Source: Chrysomallon squamiferum
Lineage: Eukaryota; Animalia; Mollusca
NCBI GenBank assembly: GCA_012295275.1
Contig: CM022673.1
Coordinates: 23,436,001-23,500,000 of the forward strand
DNA length: 64,000 nt
Direction of reading: 5' to 3'
Within the stretch, counting starts at the first letter, position 1; each line of letters begins with the position of its first letter. Shown in pieces: positions 41,299-58,362 of this stretch. A program made the position numbers and the translations under genes. A model generated the notes under the pieces. That model was not told the origin of the DNA, did no database searches, and worked only from the letters and a program-made list of their open reading frames with translations.

Positions 41299-42295
41299 GT
41301 TTTCTTCCAGTAAAGGCTGAAATCACACAAAGTTATTATCCCTATTTGATAAACCGTTTTCGAATTTAAGATCAATTTAATTTAGTTTAATTTTGACTAA
41401 ATGCATTGATGATGTATTCTTGATATTTTTAATCGTTTTTTATACAATATCTTTAGATTTTTGTAAAAGATTTCTCATTAGATGGTCATAAAGGTACAGG
41501 TACCAAACCATTTATCCGGCAGGTTTGGGACCGGAGATGGTCAGGATTTCTCGATACAAACTAAATATTTACTTAAAATATTAAATAAAAAATGAAAAAT
41601 AAAGAATAAAACTGCATTTATCTACGCCGAGCAAGAAGTATTAAGGAAAAATTAAGTAATTAGCAGATTTTCTAAATTATTCTCATTAAAAGTGGATGGT
41701 TTAGCTTCATTAATACCTTGAAAGCATACTGTTAAGTGACTTGAACTTTTCGTCATGTATAAAACTAGAAGGGAAAACAATAACGAACAGAAATACTCAT
41801 ATATTAAATAACCTAGAAACAGCACTTCTACAGCAGTAAGGGGGTTTGATTATTTAAGTTTATCTTTCTGCTCGAAATAAAACACTGTATATATTGTTAC
41901 ATACAAACAATTATTATGGTAACTATGAGTAAGATTTTAAAACTGAAACAGCAATTGCCGTTTCTCTATAAATGGTACGATTCTACACTTCAGTTTTAAC
42001 GTAAGTTGTAAATATATTTATTGATCAGTTCGTGTATGTGGAAGACCCAGTAGCTAATGTTGGTTGTGGTGAATCTTATGTAAAGCATTCATTTATTAAA
42101 ATCTTTCGTTTTTAATATCATTTTATAAATATGATATCATTTCTTTCCTCTTACCACCCTCACTCACTACTCAGCATTAAATATCCATCTTAATATTTCA
42201 TACAGTTACATACCTGTATCTTATCATATCATATACATATACACCCTCTCGTGAAACAATCAGAATGACTAATTGTGGACTATCGTCATTTATTT

Positions 42296-42553
42296 ACACA
42301 TCTATGAATTGTAGGTTTATGGTTTGTTTTTACAAAGCTATATTTGATATACGTGTTAGATTATACTGTAGCTATCTTTGGTATATTATATGTATAAACA
42401 GTTACATAGTGAAATAAAGGTTTCATGTATTTCATTTTTAAAATAAAGACACATCTATGAATTGTAGGTTTATGGTTTGTTTTTACAAAGTTATATTTGA
42501 TACACGTGTTAGATTATACATTGAACTATCTTTGGTATATTATATGTATAAAC
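42296..42553. repeat. ~104-bp direct duplication (42296-42398 and ~42449-42553)
   Basis: ACACATCTATGAATTGTAGGTTTATGGTTTGTTTTTACAAAG...TATCTTTGGTATATTATATGTATAAAC occurs twice with few mismatches. Confidence 0.9.
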
Positions 42554-42625
42554 CAGTGGTTCTCAAACTTTCTGAAGTCGGGGCACACTTGAAGCCTTCC
42601 AAAAATTGCGTGCACTGCACACAAA
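42554..42625 (+). mobile_element. Terminus of a hAT-Charlie-like MITE (fragment)
   Basis: Begins CAGTGGTTCTCAAACTTT, the typical hAT-Charlie terminus. No matching right end was found. Confidence 0.5.
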
Positions 42626-42816
42626 ATGCTAAGTAATACAATGTAAAATGTTAAAAAATACAGTAATAACTGGAAGAAGGATATTGCGGCTGAATCGGTT
42701 GCGGAGCAGGCTGCTGAGGTTGTCCATCCTCATTCTATACATCTATGTCAGATTCTTAATCATTTTGCCTATAAACGGTTCTCGTCTGGAATCTGTACCA
42801 TTTGTTTTTCTTCTGT

Positions 42817-43026
42817 GAGAGATGTTCACTGATACATTGAGTTACCGCCCTTATGTGAGATGTTCTTTGGTGATATTTAGAGTTACCGCCCTTGTGTGAG
42901 ATATGTTCACTGATATATTTAGAGTTACCGCCATTGTTTGAGAGCTGTTCACCGAGATATTTAGAGTTACCGCCCTTGTTTGAGGCTGTTCACTGATATA
43001 TTTAGTGTTACCGTCATTGTGTGAGT
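42817..43026. repeat. Minisatellite, ~5 copies of a ~41-bp unit
   Basis: Unit consensus GAGATGTTCACTGATATATTTAGAGTTACCGCCCTTGTGT, head-to-tail with no unique spacers. Confidence 0.9.
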
Positions 43027-44426
43027 ATACCTTTATTCATCATCTATTTTTTGCTGATGAGAAGTATGAGCCTGACGTGTCTTGGCAATTTCTTCAAAAA
43101 TATTGTAATATGAAATATAAAGCAATGGACTGTTAAAATGTCAAAAAACTGTACAAAGGCTATGTTTTTTTTGTTTTTTTTTTAAATGCTGTATTTGATA
43201 TATACATGTTAAGATTATACATTTTCTATCTGAATGGAAACAAAAACACCTATTATCATCAGAAAATAAAAACAAGAAAACTGGCAAAGTATTTTTTACT
43301 CTCCAGGGCAATAGCTTGTAATGGTCTTTATTCCGTTTTATTCCAACAATGTTCACAGTTAAGAACTGGAAATATGATTTTGACATTCTTTACTTAACAG
43401 TTTTTTAATTATTGTTGGGTTAAATTTTTTGTTTCTATTGCTGAAGTTTAAAATCTGAAATATTTACCAATCAAATAACTTACAATAATAATGATGATTA
43501 TGCTGATGATGATAATTCAAGATTTGATGTCATCAGAAATCTATATTGAGCTATAAGTATTTATAATTAATAAAGTGAACTAATTATATTAATGTTTACA
43601 ATATCAATCAACTTTGAAAATGTTTTAGCTTCACCTGATATCATATGCAATTTGGTTTAAATGACATTTGAACTCAGCAAAATACTACTAACATTACCTG
43701 GACTTTTATCAGTTTAATACACTTAAATGTTCTTAATGGGATACAGAATCATGTAGCACATTAAAAATTACAAAAATGATTAAAATGATAATAATAATAA
43801 TAATAAAAAGCCAAATTTATAATGAATCAGGAACAAAATCTTCACTTGGACATGGAAAAAAGTCTTTACAACATTTAACTAACTGAACCTGGAAAAAAAA
43901 GAGAAAAAATTTAAAATAGATTAAAAACAAAATTTTTTATTTTTAAAAATTAATAAAATTAACATTTCTGTACTGGCATTAGAAACAAACAATAAAAATA
44001 AAATAAAATATGAAGCGTTTCAGTCTAATATACTGAGCAATATTTTATGACAAAAAGGACACCCCACAACATTATGAAGGGACACTATAGAAAAATTACA
44101 CACGATTCACATGGACCATAATATAATAGTGCTACAACAGGGACGCTGGCAGACAGACGTATTCTACAGTGTTCTATACACTGACAGAAATTTGAAAAAG
44201 TAAATAAATTTGTAAAAAACCTAAAAACCTAAATAAAACGGGCACTTCTCAAATCTGGACTCCCTCTCTAGATCCGCCCCTGATTCTGCAGCTAGTATTA
44301 GTATTGCAGATAACAGCTAGTATCAACGTTATTCGTCTTATTATTATTGATCTTCTAGCACCTACTAGTAATAAAACAACAAAATATAAGTTAAATATTG
44401 TATTATATTGTAGTTCACCTTTCTAG

Positions 44427-47647
<3,221 letters not shown>

Positions 47648-48377
47648 CTTGTCAGAAACTAATGTACTCGATTCGGTCGTCACCAACACAGTAATAAGCC
47701 AAATATTATGACAAAACTAATGTAATTAGAGTTATGTCCCTTATCATATTAACTACAGGGACCGTTTCAAGATTGTCATAGAATTGGATAGCTATTGGTT
47801 TATCATCTGATGAATGAATTTGTTAACATACAACATATACACATAGAATAACTGACTAATGTCTTAAGATATCCTGCGGTAAAATAAATATTGCTAAAAG
47901 TTAGATAAATAAAATAAAATAAAAAAATAACCAAAGCAAAATAGTTCTTAAAAAATACAATTTATTTATTTTTCAAAATGAAAACCGTTATATATATATA
48001 TATGTATGTATGTATGTTTGTATGTAACATATACACATACACATAAGCACATACACACTATTATAGACCCTCATCACGTAACAATTTGCTGTCCATGTTT
48101 TATCTAAAATAAATATAAAACATAAAAAATCTTTACAAATTCTTAAAAATTAATTGCAAGTTGTATGTCATCATATTCAATGCATTTATAAGGGCAAGCC
48201 ACAAGGTAAAACTAGTTTTATTAATTGTTTTCATTATTCTTTAAAAACAAACATGACAAAAATAAATTGTTTACGTGCGGTTTATCAAAAGAAGAGAACA
48301 AATAAAGAAAAACAAAAAGAAAGAAGAAAAAACGGTTTTGAAAACAATTAATGACGCAGGACGGACTCTGTGTGTAT

Positions 48378-48431
<54 letters not shown>

Positions 48432-48686
48432 GGTTGGGTTTGAGGATACATGTTCCAGTTTGATGATCAGTACCTTCGCAACATTAAATGTTTTGCCAGG
48501 TTGCAGTGTGCCAGTAACCAGTAACCGCATATCGCATTGTATACAATACAAATTCAGACAATAAAAATGGCTAAAAACGCAACAACAACTGTATGATTAA
48601 TATAATGAAAAACAGAGACAAAAATAATATTCCACAGTGAATAACTGCTCTTCCTGGAAATTGTCGAACATGATTACTGAATCCAT

Positions 48687-48736
<50 letters not shown>

Positions 48737-48882
48737 GTAAAACTTTATAAACTATATAATATATACATTCTGTATGTTTATGTTTGTGGATAAAACTATA
48801 AACTATATATATATAGTTTATAAAGTTTTATCCACAAACATAAACATATACACACATAAACACACAGAAACACGTTTCTATG

Positions 48883-48884
<2 letters not shown>

Positions 48885-48961
<77 letters not shown>

Positions 48962-49644
48962 AATAGACGAAAGTAATGGACGAATGAACATTAATTTTGT
49001 GTAACGGCTTATTATTTATTTATATTTTATATCGTGGAAATGTTTTTGAATTTGTTTATTTTTTTTCCCTTTTGGTGTTTAACAGTGCTGCCCAACCTTT
49101 TCCGAACATGGGCCGGACTCACATTTCTAGCCTTTCATTTTTTAATACAACTACTTGAAATGGTTTGAAAAAGTATTCACAACTGAAAACATTGATTCTT
49201 TTATTCTATTTATAGAAATTATCCATTATACAATTATAATTCATAACTCAGTTTAAACATAGGGGTCCTACATATGGTACTATTTCTATTACTTCTTCAC
49301 TGCTATCAAAAAATTATAGTCTCCAGATATTACACGAATACGAAATTAAAATTTTTGATTTAGAACCTTACATTCTATAAAACAATTTTAACAACTGATC
49401 AAGATTAAAAAAAACATTTGTTCAAATAAATGGCTTTGTATTTCAATAATAGAACAATTGTATTGAATAATTAAGGAATAAACTGAAGACTGACTAGCGG
49501 GACCGGATTCTAAGGCTTCGTGGGCCGGACGTTGGGCAGCATTGGTGTATAATAATAATTAATTTTGAGACTTAATGTTTACATCATAAACGAAAAAAAA
49601 AAAAAAAAAAAAATTAGGAAGAATAAGAAAATAATGCATTAAAA

Positions 49645-49680
<36 letters not shown>

Positions 49681-49890
49681 GATACAATTCATATCGCTGG
49701 TATTCCTGCAAAAATGTTATTGTCTATCAATATTATTTAACAAACAACTAAAATCATAATTTTTGTCATTTTGAAGATATATTAAAAAGATAACAACTCT
49801 AAATAATAAATAAATAAATAAGAGATTATTATAGAAATAAAATAGATTAAACGAACAGACAGACAGAAATAGACATATATGTTTTCAACA
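48885..49890 (+). repeat. Diverged duplicate of intron 1 of the Spaetzle-like gene (paralogous to ~54913-55438)
   Basis: Collinear shared blocks: (CT)n-GTAAAT, ATTAATTTTGTGTAACGGCTTATTATTT, ATAATAATAATTAATTTTGAGACT, GAAAATAATGCATTAAA, ATACAATTCA.ATCGCTGGTATT.CTGCA and GAGATTATTATA...AAACGAACAGA...TTTCAACA. Confidence 0.85.
49083..49544. mobile_element. Non-autonomous hAT (Charlie-like) MITE, ~460 bp
   Basis: 14-bp TIRs CAGTGCTGCCCAAC / GTTGGGCAGCATTG (1 mismatch) and an 8-bp TSD GTGTTTAA / GTGTATAA. The empty site is visible in the paralogous segment at ~55145. Confidence 0.85.
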
Positions 49891-50531
49891 TCTCAAAGCC
49901 GGATTAAGCAACTGCGGGGCCCGTATCAAAACATAGCAAAGGCCACCACTACTGGCTAGTTACAAGAGTAAACGAACCCCCTTCACCCTACGCCCACTGT
50001 TATTATAGCCTTACATACAACATAAACACACATATATATACATATGTAGACACACCTTGATGTTTGAACAATCAGTCAGATGTACTGTCGAAACAAAAGT
50101 ATTAAAAACCAGAGCAAATGCCATTAAAACGTGTGCCCCGAAAACGTGGGTCAAAGTTTAGGCCAGAAGACAACTGTGATTCAGGCTCAGATTAAGTTAT
50201 ATGTCGCGCCTTCGGGGGTATTTATAAAGCAAAGTCTTTTATAATGGAAGAAAGCGTGCCCGAGCAAAGTCTTTTTAATTTTTTTTCCAATGGAAGGAGT
50301 GTCAGCATTTCTCAGCAACTCGCATTGCATGCTCATCAACGGCAGCATATTTATACTTTTTTCTTCCATCGTCGTTCTTTGTGCAGTTTGGAACGCTCCC
50401 CCGTACAGTTTGTATCCACCATACACAAATAGGTGGGTAGCATTATTTCAATATTAGGAAAACATGATTGCATGTTGTGATCGCTGACGAGACGGTACAT
50501 GAGCAGCTCCAATGCCTCGCCGTCTATCATC

Positions 50532-50573
<42 letters not shown>

Positions 50574-50799
50574 GTCTTTCTCGCTGTCTCTCTTTCTCTC
50601 GATTAGTCTAAAAAAAGTGTTTTCATTAAATGAATGAAAGCGTGTTTCTGTTCCTGTATCATACTTAGTGAGGTGGAGGTCGATGCAAATATTTTATTGT
50701 ATATCTATCTATCTATCTATCTCTGTCTATCTATCTCTCTATCTATCTATCTGTCTATCGATCTGTCGATATATCTATATGTCTGTCTATCTATCAGTA

Positions 50800-50838
<39 letters not shown>

Positions 50839-53800
50839 TATTATTATTTTTGCTTCTCTTATTTTTTTTTTTTTTTTTTTTAGAGTCTATTTTATGTGCT
50901 GAACTTAGATAACCTCGGACGTAGACTGAAATGGGCTAAAAAGCGAATTATCACTGTAGTAAGTTATCTTATAAATACAAAAACAAAATCAGTATTTCAA
51001 ACTGGCAAGCTAGATAAGTGGTTAGGGTGGTCTTAGTAAATCGGAACCGTAGCTTATACAGTTTTGCTGTATCGTAGTTTTGATACACACATATATACGC
51101 ATACGCACACAGCCATCTGTCTATCTATATATAATTATGTACATATCGATTTACTACGTGATCATGATTTCCGTGTTACCGATAAATTTAGATACCACTC
51201 GGGGCATATCGTGTTTATTTATAAAAGTACATCAATTATAGAAATATTTCACAATTTTAGTCTTCAGTTTTGTATAACTTTCAAATACTACTATTTAAAT
51301 GAGATTAATATTTATTGGTTTCACAGTATCGTGTTAATCTAAAACTTAGCTATACCAAATCTAAAAGCTTCAACATATTATCTTGTACATCCTCCACTAC
51401 TTCAGGCTATGATTCGGTACTGGCATACTAGTTTTCAGCTGACCTTTGTTTTTATCATTACACTGCGACTAAATCAACCATTTTGTTTTCCTAGAACAAC
51501 ACTAGATATGCATAATTCTGTTCCTTTATACGAAATTAGCAATTTATGTTTTTAATTACTCATAACAATCCTCACTGACAGATATATTTTATTAACTAAT
51601 CATTAAAGTGACATATATCCTTTCTAGAAGATATATCACGAACTTGGAACACTCATTTGTATGGTTGTCAGGTTAGCTGCTATGTCAGAGAAGCAAAATG
51701 GCCGTATCGCAGTGTAAACTGGGATAGTTCACCTTACTGAGAATGCAGCACCGAAGCTGGATAATATAATAATGTAACATAGCTTACATTATAGACAGTC
51801 CAGTATCGTGATCAGACTGTCATGGACTGTGGACAGCCGTGCTTGACAACAGCTCGCAAATGACACATTACAATGTTTCAAATTTAACAAAGTTATAATT
51901 ATAATTATAATTAAAAACAGGGTTTGTCTAATTCATTACTATTTTAGTCTGTCTTCAGCCTTAATGGCTAGAAATATTTTGTTAAAATATTAAATGTTCT
52001 GAGTGGGAAAGGAAAGAATCGTATTTGACAGCTAGTAGATATTTGGGCTGTGCTTTTTTACATCGAGGATAAATTCCATTTTATCGCACATAGATGACAG
52101 AGATAAACTGAACAAGACTGTTTATGTAAACGAACTGGCAAATCCACGATTTTTGAAACAGTGACCCACTTTCAGTTTTGTAAATATAATTTTTAATACT
52201 AAATGAGTTTTATTTTAAAGAAAAAAACAACAAAAAAGCACAGTTAAGCTAGAAAAGGGAGATGGCTAAAAATGCAGAACAATAAAATAAGAATTTAAAG
52301 AAATTTTGTCCTTTTGTCGTAATTTTATATCGTTTACAGAAAGTAGAAAACTACATTAACTAGAAAACATGAAATTCGGAACAAAACATTGTAAAATTCC
52401 ACAATCCTCAGTCAATAAGAATTTCTATATTTTTATTTAAGAAATGACATTTTTATCATAATGTCAGCCTTCATGCATTGTGATGAGCTTGTTTTACTAT
52501 AAACAACAAACAAACAAACAAACAAGCAAACAAACAAACAAACAAGCAAACAAACAAATAAATAAATAAATAATAAATAGTAATTATATAAATAAACAGA
52601 AAAGAAGAAGAAGAAGAAGAAGAAAAAAAATAATACCAATAATAAAAACACCCCCATATTATTATTATTATTTTAAAAAAAAAAAAGAAAAAATAAAATA
52701 AATAAAACAAAGAAACAAACTGCTCACCAGTAAATCTTACAAAAAAAGCGAAAAAAAGAGGTTAAGATAGAAAGAAAAAACAAAACTTCCAAATATTATA
52801 TCTAAAGAGAAATAGGTACCCTAAAATACACATACACACACGCATACACACCAATATATATATATATATATTCAAAATAAGAAAATAATGCAATAAGAAG
52901 AAAATAAAAATAAAAAATAAAAATAAAACAAATAAATAAAAACAACGATAAAAGAGCTACAAAGGACCAACAAATAAAAAGAAGTTAGAAACAGACAAAA
53001 CACAGATGACATTAATAGAAGAACAAATTAATTTTAATAATTCAAGTCCAGGATACAGCAATTATTATCCTTTGAAAACAGGCACAGAGAGTTTCTCAGC
53101 TTGATCTCTCGCGTGATCAACCTTCGCTGTGCTTATTACTACTCACTCACCCGCTTCATCTGTGTAATATGTGTCAAAATACATTTTATATAAATGATAC
53201 TGACATAAATTATTTTATTAGCCCTACAAGAAATTAACAAAACAGGACCTTTCTGATCACGACATAAATCTATTACCATCGATTTACAGGACCCCCACAC
53301 ACACACACAAAAAAACATACATACTCACACGCATAGGCACAAACACATAGACGCATGCACACACAATATAGATACACACAAAATATACATATACAAACAC
53401 AGAGATACCATCTCCGAAAAACAATGGTGAAAACCAGTAACATCAACAAACCAAACCAAAACAAACTTTGAACCAGACATCAGCAACACAGATAGAAAAA
53501 AAAGAATTAAATTGGTAATTAGTGATTTCCCCCTTCCCAATTTTTATTTCTGTGAAAATAGCAGTTTCGGATTGAGTTACCACAGTATTTTTTTTTTTAA
53601 ATTATCTGATCGTATTCACATTTGTATAAAGAACATACATACATTTGTATAATTAAATACATATTACAATTTTTATACGCACTGATTCGCCAAGGTTACC
53701 TCGTCCGATTCTGGTAATAAAAGAACTAAGGTAATAAATATATCGCTGAGACAAGTAATAAAAGACGGAAATAAGACAGACACAGTATTTTAACCATCTG

Positions 53801-54347
53801 TTTGGAATACAGACAGGATTCGATGATCCGATAAAGCATAATTCAGAATTAAATAATATATATACATGCAAATAACGGTTAACCTTTACTGTTGTTCATT
53901 CATTCGACTGGCGGTGGTCCAATTAATAGTGTCTTGTTTAATCTAGCATAAAATCAACAAATGTCTTAAGATGAAATTTAAATGTCACATCTATCGAAAG
54001 ATACGTATGGGTGTGCATGTATGGAGTATGTATATGCATTTCTGCCAGAACAAAATTTTGTTTTGTGAAAATGACGTACAGAAAAAAATAACAAAAATAC
54101 ACAAAAAAGTTAACAGACGAAAAAACACAAAAAAAAACCCCAACAAACATTAAAAAAAACACCCCCAAAACAACAACAACCAAATAACGATAATTAAGAG
54201 ACACTCTCATATACACAAAAAGCTAAGACTATTAAAATATTTCTCTGAATACACCCCCAGACAAATAAACAACCCCTGCCTCTCTCCCTCTCTCTCTCTC
54301 TCTCTCGGTCTATGTATCTCTCTCTTGCTAACAGAACACTGATATGC

Positions 54348-54420
<73 letters not shown>

Positions 54421-54701
54421 TTCATAAACCAATTACTGTACAAATCGTTAACAACTGCCTTAGGCAGAGAGAGAGAGAGAAAAAAAAAATGAAATAAATA
54501 CATAACCGAATATTCAAATGCACTAGATCATTTAACATTAACTCAAGACGTTAAACGTCACGATTTTGTATAATAAGACAGCCGAGTGGAAACATTAACT
54601 GTTTTATTGCCAAAATCATACAGCGACAGCGCAGTCCCCATCCACGATAGCTGAATTGTTTTTCGTCAACGAAAACGAACAGCTGATAATAAGCCGAGAC
54701 A

Positions 54702-56676
<1,975 letters not shown>

Positions 56677-56828
56677 ACAGATCAAGGAACAAACAAGACG
56701 ATGCAACAACAACAACAACAACAACAAAGAATAGCTGAGCAGTAATCTTGTAATGATCAAGTCATATCATGCCATGTAAAATCATGTTAGTCCCGATACT
56801 TAATCATAATGTTTAAAGTGAAAGCACA

Positions 56829-56991
<163 letters not shown>

Positions 56992-57557
56992 AAAGTAATT
57001 TATTTTGAATTAAGGAATTATAGCACTTTTTTATGTTAATTTATGCAATTGAATGTTAATATATTTTTTCCGCGTATGAATGCTAGTTGCAGTAGCTTTA
57101 TTACCCACCATCAATATCTTTTTTAGGTTTACATCTTAAGAATATAAGAATAAAATGAAACGGAATAAAGTATTAATAATATCGAATTTTTCTTAAGATA
57201 ATATACCTCTTCATTCTGCTAATTACGTTGGATGAATTTTAAATGCAGTATAAATAAGAAGACGAGAGGTCAATTAATTTTAATTTTCGTAATTTAATTT
57301 AAGTTCAGTGACAGTGTCTTTCTTGAATAAAATACTTTTTAGTTATTAGAATTAGAAATGTAACCACAAAATTCTTATACCACTACAAAACAACTTACCT
57401 TCATGATATTTTAGTGTAAAAACACAAACACCGATACTCCCTTTTCACAATTACAAATGGCTGTCGAGTGTCGTCTGCTACTGAGGGCATTCGCAAGGTC
57501 ATAACCTTTGGATAAGACAGGTTATAGAGTAAAATAATTATTTTTGTTTCCCGTCTA

Positions 57558-58022
57558 AGGTCACCATATATAATTAACATAAAATAAAATAAAATAAAAT
57601 AAAATAAATAACTGGGCCATAATTTAAAATAAACATAATGTCACTGTTCCGTGATCTACCGTAACAGGGGTTGTCTCCCTTGATATCAAATGGTTGGGGG
57701 AAATCCATTTCATGCAGACTATACTGAAGCCTTTTCTGTGCAGTGCAGGAAAAGGGCGACACCATCTTTAAAAAATACCGTTTAAAGCTGCCGTAAAATA
57801 AAATAATTTATTTGTAGAAAACAAATCCAGACTGATGTGACTGTCCTCTTTAGGAGTGGAATAATAATTTAAAATCTGCTGTTCGCGTCTCGGAAAAATA
57901 TCCGTAAATCGTAGATAGCCGTTCATCTCGGGGGCCTCTAAAAACTGTATTTGTTTTGTATATCCCAGCGAAAATGGTTGCGATATTCGCTGCGAAAATC
58001 GCATATGGTGTGCAAGGACCTT
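57558..58022. mobile_element. Possible non-autonomous Kolobok-like DNA element
   Basis: Left end TAAGGTCACCATATA; right end CATATGGTGTGCAAGGACCTTAA (imperfect inverted match, TTAA-like flank). The interior is CpG-richer than the surroundings. Confidence 0.35.
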
Positions 58023-58313
58023 AACTCAGAAGGAATCCTCAGTTCTAATTTCCTGGCTTTATTCGTCGTTTTTTTTTAAAAAAAAAAAAAATAAAATAAA
58101 ATAAACAGCTGCAAATGGCCTATTACTTTGACGTAATTTTATATATTAAATGGTTTTCTGAATTAAATGAATTTAGCGCTTTACATTGGCGATTCCTAGA
58201 ATTTTTCGAGGACTGAGTTCAGGGTAGAGAATATTAACCTTTGTACCACATCATCGTCATCCTGATCATCTTCATTGTTATAATGACATTTATTATTGTT
58301 GTTGTTGTTGTTG

Positions 58314-58362
<49 letters not shown>

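Noticed and set aside
42817-43026. Regularly spaced repeats resembling a CRISPR array
   Set aside because: The units are contiguous with no unique spacers, no cas genes are present, and the context is eukaryotic. It is a minisatellite.
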